56,198 bases of DNA from assembly GCA_964569815.1 (NCBI GenBank), contig CAZMUN010000003.1:1-56198 (forward strand), in the 5' to 3' direction. Under the pieces are notes generated by a model. That model saw nothing but the letters and a program-made list of their open reading frames with translations. It had not been told where the DNA came from and made no database searches. This DNA is from an uncultured archaeon (GTDB lineage Archaea; Iainarchaeota; Iainarchaeia; Iainarchaeales; GCA-2688035). Below are positions 34,311-44,616 of this stretch, one piece after another; position 1 is the stretch's first letter, and each line of letters begins with the position of its first letter. Both the position numbers and the translations under genes were made by a program.

Positions 34311-35534
34311 TTGGCAGAGCAAAGCTTTCAGCAGAACATTTTTCAAAGGCAGCTTGAAAAAAGCACTGTTTTTCGCGACAGGAGCGCGATAACACCGCAT
34401 TACACTCCGGAAAAGCTGCCCTTCAGGGAAAAACAAATAGAGGAAATAACGCAGGTTCTTTCCTCGGCTTTGCAGGCCGCAAAGCCGGACAACTTGTTTA
34501 TTTACGGCAAGGTCGGCACAGGAAAAACGGTTACAGTAAACCATGTCTTGGGCCAGCTCAAGGAATTCATTTCCCAGAACAACAGCAAAACAGTGGACTT
34601 TGCTTACGTGAACTGCCGAAATCATAACACGAAATACAAGTCCATTATCAAGTCCTTGGCGAAATTTTTTCCAAAAGAGGACTTCATTGGCTACAGCTCT
34701 GCTTTTGTCTACGAAAAGCTTTTGTCTCATGCAGAGAAAGGAAAGCAGGTTTTGCTTGTATTGGATGAAATAGACAAGGTCAAGGATTTGGATGAGCTAA
34801 TATATGCTTTGACTAGGGCAAACGACGAGCTGCAGCATGGCGGCATCTCAATAATCGGCATAAGCAACAACCTTTTCTTCAAGGACAAGCTGGATGCAAG
34901 AACAAAAAGCGCTTTGCTTCAGCGGGAAATGGTTTTTCCGCCGTACAATGCCTCTGAATTGAAAGAGATTTTGAAAGGCCGTGTTGAGATGGCTTTCAAG
35001 CCCCATGTTGTGGAGGAGTCTGCAATAAGCCTTGCTTCTGCTGTTGCAGCCCAGGAGTCAGGGGACGCAAGGGCTGCAGTAATGCTTCTTTTAAGGGCTG
35101 GTGAGGAAGCCGACAAAAAGTCTTTGGAAAAGGTTTCAGATGTTCTGGTTAGGGTTGCCAAAACCCGCGTTGAGGAAGAGGTAACCTTGAGCATGGTTGA
35201 AACCCTGCCCAAACAGCAGCAGCTCGTGCTTTACAGCATTTCTTTGATGACATTGCAGGGCCATGGATATGGAAGATTAAACGGCCAAAAGGAAAAAGGA
35301 GTCTTTTTCTCAGGGGACGCCTACCGCGAATACGAGCGCGTTGCTTTAGGCATCGGCGAGCAGGCTGTTTCAAGCAGATGGTTTAGGGAATATGTGAATG
35401 AACTGGAAACATATGGCCTGCTTTTGACAACTGCCTCTGGAAAAGGAGTCCGCGGCACCACGACTCTGATAAGATTGGGCTTTGATGCCAAAAAGCTTTT
35501 GCAGGCCCTTGAAAAAGAGCTAATGGTTGGCTAA
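34311..35534 (+). CDS. orc1: Orc1/Cdc6 replication initiator
   Basis: AAA+ Walker A (IYGKVGTGKT) and Walker B (LVLDEID), with a C-terminal winged-helix region. TTG start 7 nt after AGGTGG; there is no nearby in-frame ATG. Confidence 0.92.
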   Translation: MAEQSFQQNIFQRQLEKSTVFRDRSAITPHYTPEKLPFREKQIEEITQVLSSALQAAKPDNLFIYGKVGTGKTVTVNHVLGQLKEFISQNNSKTVDFAYVNCRNHNTKYKSIIKSLAKFFPKEDFIGYSSAFVYEKLLSHAEKGKQVLLVLDEIDKVKDLDELIYALTRANDELQHGGISIIGISNNLFFKDKLDARTKSALLQREMVFPPYNASELKEILKGRVEMAFKPHVVEESAISLASAVAAQESGDARAAVMLLLRAGEEADKKSLEKVSDVLVRVAKTRVEEEVTLSMVETLPKQQQLVLYSISLMTLQGHGYGRLNGQKEKGVFFSGDAYREYERVALGIGEQAVSSRWFREYVNELETYGLLLTTASGKGVRGTTTLIRLGFDAKKLLQALEKELMVG

Positions 35535-35536
35535 GC

Positions 35537-38500
35537 TTACACAAACTCTGCGAGCTTTTTTTGTTCCGGCTTTTCGTTGTGGAACACGCTGTCAATTTCC
35601 TGGCTTATTAGCTCTAACCTTTGCCTCAGGTAAGGGCTTAATTCGAATTCGGCTGCAAGCGTCTTTGCGATATCCAAGTACTTGCGCACGCCGCCCTCGT
35701 TTACTGTAAGAATGATTTTGCTTTTTTTGCATTTTGGACAGCGCCCGTCCAAAGGAGGCCTCCTGATTCTGGCATTGCAGTTTGTGCAGCGAAAGCTTTG
35801 CCTGCTGAAGGCCCGCGTGTTTCCAATGATGTCCGGCATTAAATGTGTTAGCATGACGCGTTCCAATGCGTCTTTTTCGTCGACTGCTACAATTTTTCCC
35901 TGGATTTTGGCTTGCGCTCTTAGCTTTTCCTCCATGGTTTTCAACTGCACGTATTTTGAAAAAGTTGGCCCTTCGTCAAACTGCCTTGTGTCATGTGTAA
36001 AGCCAAAGCCTGAGTACTGGCCTTCTTTTCCCAAAATGTTTTTCACTAGAGTCAGGCCCTCTACTTCTGGCTGTGTTACTTTTGAAGCATTTGCATAGAG
36101 CTGCAAAGGGTATTCCCAAACAGTTTCCATTTCATAGCATTCATCATCTATTTCTGTGGGCCTTAATGCAACCGTGAAAACAAGGGGCGCATCCATTCTT
36201 CCGCCGCGGGAAGCCGGCAGGTAACTGTGTGAAAAGTTCAAGAGGTTGTCCATTAAGAGCATGAGGCTGTCTTGGTCGCCGTCAATGTTTCTTCTTTTTG
36301 TCTGGTGAAAGTAGGGGTGTCCAAAGCAAGCGCGGGCCTTGGTATAGCCTATTATGCGGCCTACGACTGCTGCTGATGTGTGCGGCGCCAAACCCAAAAC
36401 AAGCTGTCCAATCAAGTCTTCTTTTTTCTTTGCATTGAAGTAGGGCCTTGTTTTGTAGAATCTTTCAAGAAGCTCGTCCAAAAACTGGGAAACCTTTACA
36501 AAAAAGTCGCCGGCCTTTTCGTCCACTACAATGTCTTGAACCATGATTTCAATCATTTGGCCAGGGTTTTCAATCGGCTTCCCTTTTACGTCCTTTTCAT
36601 ATCCAAGCTTTTTCACTTGGTCCACTGTCAAGCCTATTTCTTCCGGCCTGAAATGGCTTAATGGCGCGTTTATGGCCTCATACCTTATGGTTCCGTCCCT
36701 GAAAATATGCAGGTCGTATTTTGCCCTAAGCAGGCCTTTTTCCAGCGGCTCTGCAACCTTTCCTGCGTTTATCATTCCCTTTACGCCTTTCACAATTGTT
36801 GGAATCTTCATGCCCAGGTTTTGGGATGCGTCATGCATTAGTTCTCCCAGGTCCACGCTTCTTTTGCTGAATGTTTCTGTTTCTGTGCCGCATTTCTGGC
36901 AGTTTTTTTCCTTTCCCAAGGTTCCGCAGTTTGGGCAAATGTTCATCTTTTCGGTTCTCAGGTCGCACTTTTCGCAGAATGGCTGCTCTTTTATGGAATC
37001 GCATTTTTGGCATTTGTACAAGGCAATCTCAACTAGAACAGAGCCCTCTTTTCCCTGCTTGTTTGAAACCATTGCCTTGTTGATTGACCTTGTGGCTCCG
37101 CCTGCTTGTGCTATTGGGAAGAGCACGTGTGGGTTGCCTGCCATCTTCCTTGGCTTGCTTGCCTCCGGCCTGCCCATTCTTGCCCCAATCCAGGTTCCTG
37201 CAAGGTCTTTTACAGGGAAGCCTGCAACCATGCTTAATGCTGAAACAATGTCAACAGATTTTTCAAGCGCGGTTTCAAGCCTTTTGCTTCCTAGTGCAAG
37301 AACTTTTTCCAGCGCAAGGAATTCTTCTTCTTTTACGAGAATTTTTCCTTCCTTTACCTCGTGGCATAGCCCAATGCGTTCAATCAATTCCTTTTCAGGG
37401 CCTTTTTCAAGCTCTCTCTGTTGGGAAACTTTTTTCCCCTTTTCCAGAAAGGCTTTGAGTTCCAAAAGCTTTTTCTTGTCAAGGCCTTTGTAGTAAAACA
37501 AGGCATTTGGATGCAATGGCAGATGGTATTTGGAGCTAAGCTCCAAAGCCCTTTCTATGCCTACGCCTGCGTGGTTTTTCAAGTCCTGTGAGATTTCCTT
37601 TGCTTTTTCGCCAAGCTGGCTTTTTGCTTCCAGTGCCCACCATTCAGAGCAATAGCCTACTGGCACCAGCGGGTGAGCAGAATGCCTGAAGTCGCCAATG
37701 CTTACAAGCAGGTCTCCCAAAAAAAGTATTTTGTCAAGGCGGTTCTTTACCTTTACTGCTTCCCCAAGGCTTTTCACTTTCACAACCGAGCCATTGAGAA
37801 GCCTTACAATCGGCCCCTCAATGGAATCCACTGGAGCCATTCCCGCTGCCTTTCCCGGCCTTTCAACCTTCATTTGTGTGGCGTTTGCGATGAACCCGTT
37901 CAAGAGGTGCATTGTTGCGGGGTGAATCCCTTTTCCCATTATGCCCGTGTTTCTTGAACGCCCGTACCTTAGCCTGAAGCCGCCAAACCTTGAGGGGTAG
38001 GCAATGATTGGCCTGCCTGCTGCCGCACCCTTGAGGTATTTTTCGCTTGGCTTGATTTTTATTTCCCCTGAGTCGGCCTTGTCAACCTTTATTATGTCTT
38101 CAAGCCAGATCCAGTCCAGGTTTAATTTTTTTGCAAATTTGAGAATTTTTGCTGCTTTCAATGCAACGCCTTCGCTTAAAACAAGGCACATTCCTCCTCT
38201 GACACGGTTGCTTTTTATTCTGGGAAGGTTTCTGTTCAATGAGACTTCGCGTTCTTCTGTTGGCTCGCCGTTTATGCATACAGTGCAGCCTCTTACAATC
38301 TTTCTGACTTCATCATCGCTTGGCTTGTACTGCCTTGTCACAATCTCATCGTATATCTGGCATTCTTCAACATATCTTTCCACTTCATCGTCAGTCGGCT
38401 TGTACTTGTCCAATCCAAGGATTTTTCTCCCATAGTCGCCTAAAATTAGGGGCAGAACCTGGCTTGTTCCTCCTGCTGCACGAATTGGCCCTGCGTAGTA

Positions 38501-38941
38501 TATATCAATGTATTCTGTGCCATCCGGGTTTTTGCTTATTTTTATCTCGGGAACGCCGTCCAAGGGTGCAACAACAACCCCCTCGGTGTTCAAAACAAGC
38601 GATGTTTTTATGGCTTGTTCGACCCTTTTCCCAGGGTCCCCTATTTTGCACCATTTTTGTTCAATTATTTCCCTGAAAATTTGGAATATGGCTTCAAGCC
38701 TGTCGCCTTTTTTTTCTTCAAAGACCTGCCGGTATCTTGCCGCTATACCCACAGGCCCTATAATTGTTTCGGTTCTGTCTGCAAGGTCTGCCACTGGCTT
38801 TGACTCTATTTTTGGGCTTACGTCAAACCCTTTTGCTTTGGCTTTTTCTGCCAAATCAAGCTGTTTTTCGGTTTCTTCAACAAGCTTTTGGTAGTATGCT
38901 TTTACATGCGGCTTTGCGTCAACATGTATTTTGACCTTCAT
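35537..38941 (-). CDS. polC: DNA polymerase D (Pol II) large subunit DP2
   Basis: 1134 aa. Cys4 zinc modules CQKCDSIKEQPFCEKC, CPNCGTLGKEKNCQKCG and CTNCNARIRRPPLDGRCPKCK. Overlaps the DP1 gene by 4 nt. The length leaves no room for an intein. Confidence 0.95.
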   Translation of the reverse strand: MKVKIHVDAKPHVKAYYQKLVEETEKQLDLAEKAKAKGFDVSPKIESKPVADLADRTETIIGPVGIAARYRQVFEEKKGDRLEAIFQIFREIIEQKWCKIGDPGKRVEQAIKTSLVLNTEGVVVAPLDGVPEIKISKNPDGTEYIDIYYAGPIRAAGGTSQVLPLILGDYGRKILGLDKYKPTDDEVERYVEECQIYDEIVTRQYKPSDDEVRKIVRGCTVCINGEPTEEREVSLNRNLPRIKSNRVRGGMCLVLSEGVALKAAKILKFAKKLNLDWIWLEDIIKVDKADSGEIKIKPSEKYLKGAAAGRPIIAYPSRFGGFRLRYGRSRNTGIMGKGIHPATMHLLNGFIANATQMKVERPGKAAGMAPVDSIEGPIVRLLNGSVVKVKSLGEAVKVKNRLDKILFLGDLLVSIGDFRHSAHPLVPVGYCSEWWALEAKSQLGEKAKEISQDLKNHAGVGIERALELSSKYHLPLHPNALFYYKGLDKKKLLELKAFLEKGKKVSQQRELEKGPEKELIERIGLCHEVKEGKILVKEEEFLALEKVLALGSKRLETALEKSVDIVSALSMVAGFPVKDLAGTWIGARMGRPEASKPRKMAGNPHVLFPIAQAGGATRSINKAMVSNKQGKEGSVLVEIALYKCQKCDSIKEQPFCEKCDLRTEKMNICPNCGTLGKEKNCQKCGTETETFSKRSVDLGELMHDASQNLGMKIPTIVKGVKGMINAGKVAEPLEKGLLRAKYDLHIFRDGTIRYEAINAPLSHFRPEEIGLTVDQVKKLGYEKDVKGKPIENPGQMIEIMVQDIVVDEKAGDFFVKVSQFLDELLERFYKTRPYFNAKKKEDLIGQLVLGLAPHTSAAVVGRIIGYTKARACFGHPYFHQTKRRNIDGDQDSLMLLMDNLLNFSHSYLPASRGGRMDAPLVFTVALRPTEIDDECYEMETVWEYPLQLYANASKVTQPEVEGLTLVKNILGKEGQYSGFGFTHDTRQFDEGPTFSKYVQLKTMEEKLRAQAKIQGKIVAVDEKDALERVMLTHLMPDIIGNTRAFSRQSFRCTNCNARIRRPPLDGRCPKCKKSKIILTVNEGGVRKYLDIAKTLAAEFELSPYLRQRLELISQEIDSVFHNEKPEQKKLAEFV

Positions 38942-40455
38942 TTAAAGGCCTCCTGCTGCATGAACCTTTTTTCGCCTATTTTTCCTGTTGCTATTTCAAA
39001 GACCGGCACTATTCCTGGCGTTGGAACATGCCCTAGCCTAACTTGGTAGTCTGTTCTGCTTTGCCATGTTCCGGAATTTATTACTGTTGTCCCGCGGTAG
39101 TTTCCGTAAGCGTTGTGGTGCATGTCTCCAATGTAGACAATGTCTGGCTGGTCCTGTATAACCAAGTAGTCCTCTTTTTCCGGCACATAAGGCTGTTTCA
39201 GGCCATAGGTTGACATTATGTCTCTTTTTTTCAAAGCCTCTATCATGGCCTGTTCAGGGTGCCCTGAGTTGAGAAAGCTTACGCTTCCAATAAGGTCGTG
39301 CAATGCAGCGCCATGGTAAACCATTGTTTTCAGGCCTTCTATTTCAAACCAGCTTGGGCTTCCAACAAGGTGAACGTTTTTCATTTTGGAGAGCTCTGGC
39401 AAAAACTCTTTTGGGACCGCGGGCTGTGGGTCTGCCCAGCGGACTGCGTCGTGCTGGCCAGGGCATATGATTACTTCAACATATTCTGGGACCTGCATAA
39501 TCAAGTCAGAGAAGTGCTCGTACTGCTTGTAGATATCTTTTATTGCCAGTTCCTCGAACTGGTTTGGGTAAATGCCTACGCCGTCTACGTTGTCCCCGCT
39601 CATAACAAGGTATTTGACACAGCCTGCTTGTTCGCGTTCTTTTTCCGAGCCCGTTCGCCCGTTGAGCCAGCTCAGGAAGGAATGGCATTCTTTTTCAAGG
39701 AAGAGCTTGCTTCCAATATGGAAATCGCTTGTTGAAGCAATGAAGAACTCGGATTCAACAAGCGTTTTCTGCCTTATGGGCATGTCTGGCCAAAAAACCT
39801 CTTTTACTATGAGTAGGTCTTCGTTCCATTTGACCGCCTTTATTCCTATTACGCCGTCGACAAGAATTCTTTCAGAAACATTTACCAGGTTGATGTCGTC
39901 TTTCAAAATCAGTGCAATGCATTGCCCGTTCAAGTCTTCGAACTGCAGCCCAACATGGCCTTTTTTTGTAATCCATTTCCTGAAAACCATGCCTATTGCG
40001 TCAACAGGCCTGCCTTTTGGCAAGTCCTTTAAGCTGCTTATCGGCCTTGGGGAGAACCCCTGCCTCTGCCTCAGAATCTTTGAAAGCAGCTCGAACTTTC
40101 TTCGAAAGTAAGCCAAAAAGTTTTCGGATTTGCCTTCGCTTTTGCTTTGCCCTGTAACGTCCCGGTCTCTAAGAAAATTTATTTTTGGGTCCAATTCTTT
40201 TGCCAAGGGCCTGAAGCCCTTGTTTTGCACAATGCATGTTTTTTTGTTAGCGTCTGGCATTTGCCCTGCTAAAAGCTTTTTTTCAACATTTTCCTTGTTT
40301 ATGAAAAAGACGCCGTCTTCAAGAATGCTGTCAATCAGTTCGGAAAAGTCTTCCTGCTTTATCAACAGCTCAAGCGCGGTTTCGTCAACGAACGCGTTTT
40401 TTTTGCTTGCATACTCAACGATTTCTTTTTCCTTTTCTTCAACCTGCATCTGCAC
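38938..40455 (-). CDS. polB: DNA polymerase D small subunit DP1 (3'-5' exonuclease)
   Basis: 505 aa. Mre11/calcineurin-like phosphoesterase motifs SGDNVDGVGIYP, CPGQHD and GDMHHN. Directly upstream of DP2. Confidence 0.93.
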   Translation of the reverse strand: MQMQVEEKEKEIVEYASKKNAFVDETALELLIKQEDFSELIDSILEDGVFFINKENVEKKLLAGQMPDANKKTCIVQNKGFRPLAKELDPKINFLRDRDVTGQSKSEGKSENFLAYFRRKFELLSKILRQRQGFSPRPISSLKDLPKGRPVDAIGMVFRKWITKKGHVGLQFEDLNGQCIALILKDDINLVNVSERILVDGVIGIKAVKWNEDLLIVKEVFWPDMPIRQKTLVESEFFIASTSDFHIGSKLFLEKECHSFLSWLNGRTGSEKEREQAGCVKYLVMSGDNVDGVGIYPNQFEELAIKDIYKQYEHFSDLIMQVPEYVEVIICPGQHDAVRWADPQPAVPKEFLPELSKMKNVHLVGSPSWFEIEGLKTMVYHGAALHDLIGSVSFLNSGHPEQAMIEALKKRDIMSTYGLKQPYVPEKEDYLVIQDQPDIVYIGDMHHNAYGNYRGTTVINSGTWQSRTDYQVRLGHVPTPGIVPVFEIATGKIGEKRFMQQEAFK

Positions 40456-40460
40456 TGGGA

Positions 40461-40736
40461 TTACTCCTTCATCTTCTCCTTAATTGCTTCCATTCTGCTG
40501 ATCATTTCCCAGATGTCAGTTCTTGTATGCGAAGGAATGTTGAGGTCCTTGCTTATGTCGTCCATCATATACACTGCAGTGCTGATTTCCTCGACTTTTG
40601 CGTTTTTTGCAGAAACCTTCTGCATTGCTTCCTCTATTTTCGTTCGAATATTTCTTGGAACCGAGTGGTCTTCCAAAACATCTTCCATTAGTTCAAGAAG
40701 CTCCTGCAACTCTTTTTTCAATCCTGCGTCCGCCAT
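40461..40736 (-). CDS. UPF0147-family small archaeal protein
   Basis: ATG 40736 lies 5 nt after GGAGGTG. HSVPRNIRTKIEE and DDISKDLNIPSHTRTDIW match the conserved UPF0147 (COG1698-type) motifs. A 5-nt gap separates it from DP1. Confidence 0.7.
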   Translation of the reverse strand: MADAGLKKELQELLELMEDVLEDHSVPRNIRTKIEEAMQKVSAKNAKVEEISTAVYMMDDISKDLNIPSHTRTDIWEMISRMEAIKEKMKE

Positions 40737-40836
40737 TTCAGCACCTCCACAATCAGCGCCCAATGGAAAGCTAAATTAAGATCCACGTGGCTTTAAAACC
40801 AAAAATATTATTGAAAGAAAAGCCTTTAAATAGAGT

Positions 40837-41811
40837 CTAAAGCCTTTCCAGAACAGCTTCTCTAAGGCCTGTTGCAAGGCCTTTTCCGTCCAAGATTGCG
40901 CTCCCGAAAAGCTTTCTTGCTTCCATGGTTTGCTTTTCTTTGGCAACATCTGCCTTGTTCACAACTAAAAGAAACTCTGCTTTTTTGAACCGGTGCTTCA
41001 TTTCATTAAGCAGGGCTGCTTGCTTTTCCAAAGAAAACCCGCATTCCTCTGTCGGGTCAACAACAAAAACAATTACCTTTGCAAGGTGCCTTAATGCTGC
41101 AATGGCTTTTTTTTCAATCTTGTTCCTTTTCTCCAAAGGCCGGTCAAGCAACCCAGGGGTGTCAATAAGCTGAACCTTGTCATAATTATGCATAATATAC
41201 CCTATTTGTAGCTTCTGTGTTGTAAAAGGGTATGGCGCAACCTTTGGAGTGCTTTTGGTCAGCCTGTGCAGAATCGTGGACTTTCCTGTGTTTGGATAGC
41301 CTGCCAAAATAACTGTATCAAGATCCGGGCTTACGGCAGGCAGCTCCTTTAGCTTCCGTGCAGCTTCGTTGTAAACCTTTATGCTTTTATCAAGCTTTTT
41401 CACTAACCCGGACATTCGGCCATAAAACTCTTTCACTATAACGCTTGCCTCTTTCCAGTTTTCCTTTTCAAGCCCCTTTATCCTGCCAATATGCTGACCG
41501 CGAAGCCTTTCAATTATTCTTCTTTCAGCAGACATATGGCCCAAGGCCTTAAGCGTATTCTCGACATCTATCGTGCATTCAATGAGTTCCCTGTAAAAGG
41601 GCTTCAAAGAGGAAAAGGTTGGAAAGTTTTCAGCAGTCTGGTAAAGCAATTCCACGACATAGCCAGAAGCAACCTCTATCTGCCTGACAGCCCTTGACTT
41701 GGCATCCTTTATCCTTGCATTCTGCCTCTTCATGGCCTTGGCTTCCTTTCTGGCCCGCCTGAAAGCAATGTCAAGCATTTCCTTGGAACCAGGCAAAATT
41801 CTGAAACTCAT
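40837..41811 (-). CDS. NOG1-type GTP-binding protein
   Basis: G1 GYPNTGKST, G3 DTPGLLDRP and G4 NKAD, preceded by a helical N-terminal domain as in archaeal NOG1-family GTPases. Confidence 0.8.
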   Translation of the reverse strand: MSFRILPGSKEMLDIAFRRARKEAKAMKRQNARIKDAKSRAVRQIEVASGYVVELLYQTAENFPTFSSLKPFYRELIECTIDVENTLKALGHMSAERRIIERLRGQHIGRIKGLEKENWKEASVIVKEFYGRMSGLVKKLDKSIKVYNEAARKLKELPAVSPDLDTVILAGYPNTGKSTILHRLTKSTPKVAPYPFTTQKLQIGYIMHNYDKVQLIDTPGLLDRPLEKRNKIEKKAIAALRHLAKVIVFVVDPTEECGFSLEKQAALLNEMKHRFKKAEFLLVVNKADVAKEKQTMEARKLFGSAILDGKGLATGLREAVLERL

Positions 41812-41937
41812 ATCACACCACTGTTACCAAAATCACAGGCCTTTTACCAATATTTTTAATCATTTGGTTAGCCTATTGATATAGCTGTTTTTAAGCTTTT
41901 AAATAGTTATTTGGTTGGGAAAAAAGGGGTTTTTGAG

Positions 41938-43011
41938 TTGGATTTTACCGGATTTTATTCCAAAAAAAGCTACAAGCTCTACATGCTTGTTCCCGCACTG
42001 CTTTTCATAGCCTTCCTTTTCCTGATAACAATATGGCCAGGCATTCCGCGCGGCATCGACCTGCAAGGCGGAACACTGCTTGTTGCAAGGAGCGAAAAGC
42101 CAATTGATGCACTTGAACTGAAAAAACTCCTTAACCAGAACTTTGACCTTCTCGACCTAAAAGTAAACAGCATTTCTGGGCCAGCCGGAAACGGGGTAAA
42201 CATACAGTTTGCCGGAAACAATACACTGCTTGCAGCAGAAGCACAGCTTGCCCTTGCAAAACAAGCCCTTGAAACAAACCCTCAAGCAGCCAGGCAAAAC
42301 ATCGAGGAAGCAGTAAGCATTCTTGAGCCATTCCTTGAGTCCACCGCCCTTTCGCCAGACACAGAAGCCGCCTTAAACCAGGCCGAGCAACACTTCATTG
42401 AAGCAAACCAAGCCATCAACCAGGAAATGCAAAGCCTGATAACAAAGGAATTCAGCTTGGGGGAAAACGTTGCCTTCCAGAAAAAGGAAGTAAGCCCTAC
42501 CTTGGGAAGAAGCTTCTGGCAAACAGCGTTCAACGTTGCAATAATGGCTGGAATACTCATAATTGCGGTAATTTTCCTCTTCTTCCGAAAAATAATTCCA
42601 AGCCTTGCAGTGATTGCAGCAGCAGTCTTTGACGTTTCAGGCGCATTGGCCCTTATGACTGTTTTCGGAATACCTCTTTCTTTAAGTAGTATCCCTGCCT
42701 TGCTTATGCTTGTCGGATACAGTGTTGACACAGACATAATGCTTACTACCAGGATTTTGCACCGGAAAGAAAAAACGCCTGCCTCAAGGGCAGCAGATGC
42801 AATGGCAACAGGCCTCACGATGACCGGAACCACTATTGCAGCCCTTCTCTCAATGCTTGTAATAGCCTACCTTACCCAAATATTCGTGATATTTGAGATA
42901 GCGGCAGTAATTCTTTTTGGATTGCTTGCAGACATCGTTTCAACCTGGCTTATGAACGCAGAAATCCTGCTTTGGTACGCGCAAAGAAAAGAGCAAAAAG
43001 GTGTTTTGTGA
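41938..43011 (+). CDS. secF: Protein-export membrane protein SecF
   Basis: GIDLQGGT motif and a 6-TM core with the SecF-type LVGYSVDTDIMLTTRIL. The start is uncertain: the track TTG 41911 lies only 4 nt after the TATA-like TTTTAAATAG (41897-41906), so I prefer TTG 41938. ATG 41983 is also possible. Confidence 0.75.
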   Translation: MDFTGFYSKKSYKLYMLVPALLFIAFLFLITIWPGIPRGIDLQGGTLLVARSEKPIDALELKKLLNQNFDLLDLKVNSISGPAGNGVNIQFAGNNTLLAAEAQLALAKQALETNPQAARQNIEEAVSILEPFLESTALSPDTEAALNQAEQHFIEANQAINQEMQSLITKEFSLGENVAFQKKEVSPTLGRSFWQTAFNVAIMAGILIIAVIFLFFRKIIPSLAVIAAAVFDVSGALALMTVFGIPLSLSSIPALLMLVGYSVDTDIMLTTRILHRKEKTPASRAADAMATGLTMTGTTIAALLSMLVIAYLTQIFVIFEIAAVILFGLLADIVSTWLMNAEILLWYAQRKEQKGVL

Positions 43012-44616
43012 ATGGACTTGTACAAGAACTGGAAAATCCAGCTCTGGGTTGCGTTTCTCCTGCTTTCAATACTGATACTCGGCTTCAGGGGAATGCAGCT
43101 TGGAATAGACTTCAAAGGAGGAACCCTTTTCCAAATAGAGCTTGACGAGCCAATACAAAGCACGGATGAAAGGTCCCGCATTGTACAAACAATCCAGCAA
43201 AGGCTTGACTGGACCGGCCTAAGAGACATCAGCGTAAACTTCTTCGGAGAAGACTTTGTAATCGCACAAGTAGCAGAATCAGATCCCGATACAATTGAAA
43301 GAATAGAATCCCTGCTAAAAAAACAGGGTGTCTTCGAAGCCACGATAGACGGCAACGTAATCTTTTCAGGGGAAGACATTATCGAGATGCCAAAAGACCC
43401 AGCCCGCGGCTATTCCCTTTACCAGGAAAGCGGAGGCATTAGGTGGGTGCTGCCCTTTGTTCTAAAAAGCAAGGCCGCCCAGCGCTTCACAGAAATGACC
43501 TTCCACAAATGCGAACTCATATCCTACAGCCCGGAAACAGGCCGTGAATACGAGTGCCAGCAGACATACTTTTTCATAGACAGGCCAAAAGACGCCGTGC
43601 TTGTAATGCCAAAAGACCTATACTTTTCAGACGAACAAATCCTTCTTGAAGGGGTCTTTGGGCAGGGAATTCCGCAAGGAACCAAAATAGATGAAACCAT
43701 TCTCAATTCCCAAATGCCCTACATGCTTACAGAGGAAAGCTTTTCCCCTGAACAGGAATCACTCTTAAACCAGCTGGCTTCAGAGAAAAAAACAGCAGTA
43801 ATACCTGAAACCATGAACCAAAGCCTTAAAGGCCATCTTGTAGAAAAAGGCTTCGAATTGAGAGAGGTTCCTGTGAAAGAGGGAATGCCCTTTGTTTTTG
43901 ATGCCGTAGGCATGAGAAGCATTATTGGCCTAAGTGAAGGCGTGGCCCAAATGGATGTAGCAAGGCTTGAAGACGCAAAAACAATGGACAAGCTCCAGAT
44001 TTTTGGCTTTGCCCAGACAAGGGACGCAGCAATACAAAGGCGGGCGGATTTGGAAATTTTGCTTCAAAGCGGAAGCCTCAGCGTTTCAGTGAAAAGCATC
44101 AGCAAGGAAACAATCTCCCCCCTGTTGGGGAAAAACTTCCTTCAAAACGTGGCCTTCATTGGGCTGATAGCACTGCTCGTGGTCGCATTGGTCGTATTCC
44201 TAAGATACCGCATGCTAAGGCTAACAATTCCAATAGTCTGCATTGGAGTAAGTGAAGTCCTTATAACAACAGCCATTGCTTCTTTGATAAGCAAGTTTGA
44301 TTTGGGTGCGGTGGCAGGAATACTTGCAGCAGTGGGAACAGGTGTAGACCACCAGATAATAATAACAGACGAGTTAAGGCGCGGCATAAAAGACCAGGCC
44401 GGAAGCCTTGTGTCAAGGGCAAAAAGGGCCTTTTTCATAATAATGGCAGCAGCCTCAACAACCATTGCAGCAATGCTGCCAATAATAATCATAGGGTTTG
44501 GCTTGGGCCGCCTTGTAGGCTTTGCCATTACAACAACAATCGGTGTCCTCGTAGGCGTTCTAATAACAAGGCCTGCTTTTGGCGAAGTAGCCAAAAAAAT
44601 AATTGAAAAAAAATAG
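43012..44616 (+). CDS. secD: Protein-export membrane protein SecD
   Basis: ATG abuts the secF stop. GIDFKGGT motif, a large extracytoplasmic domain, and a 6-TM core with AVGTGVDHQIIITDE. Confidence 0.8.
   Translation: MDLYKNWKIQLWVAFLLLSILILGFRGMQLGIDFKGGTLFQIELDEPIQSTDERSRIVQTIQQRLDWTGLRDISVNFFGEDFVIAQVAESDPDTIERIESLLKKQGVFEATIDGNVIFSGEDIIEMPKDPARGYSLYQESGGIRWVLPFVLKSKAAQRFTEMTFHKCELISYSPETGREYECQQTYFFIDRPKDAVLVMPKDLYFSDEQILLEGVFGQGIPQGTKIDETILNSQMPYMLTEESFSPEQESLLNQLASEKKTAVIPETMNQSLKGHLVEKGFELREVPVKEGMPFVFDAVGMRSIIGLSEGVAQMDVARLEDAKTMDKLQIFGFAQTRDAAIQRRADLEILLQSGSLSVSVKSISKETISPLLGKNFLQNVAFIGLIALLVVALVVFLRYRMLRLTIPIVCIGVSEVLITTAIASLISKFDLGAVAGILAAVGTGVDHQIIITDELRRGIKDQAGSLVSRAKRAFFIIMAAASTTIAAMLPIIIIGFGLGRLVGFAITTTIGVLVGVLITRPAFGEVAKKIIEKK

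Noticed and set aside
34278-34730. 150-aa minus-strand ORF overlapping the orc1 5' region and the candidate origin
   Set aside because: It overlaps the well-supported Orc1/Cdc6 frame and has no motifs or plausible start context.
36543-37493. 316-aa + strand ORF, with neighbours at 35682-36098, 38004-38435 and 38508-38894
   Set aside because: All lie entirely antisense to the strongly supported PolD DP2 gene and have Ser/Phe/Leu-rich low-complexity composition typical of shadow ORFs.
35537-38941. Checked DP2 (and DP1, Orc1, ValRS, Hel308) for inteins
   Set aside because: The lengths are at or below typical intein-free sizes, and I saw no Cys/Ser...HN splice-junction blocks interrupting conserved motifs.
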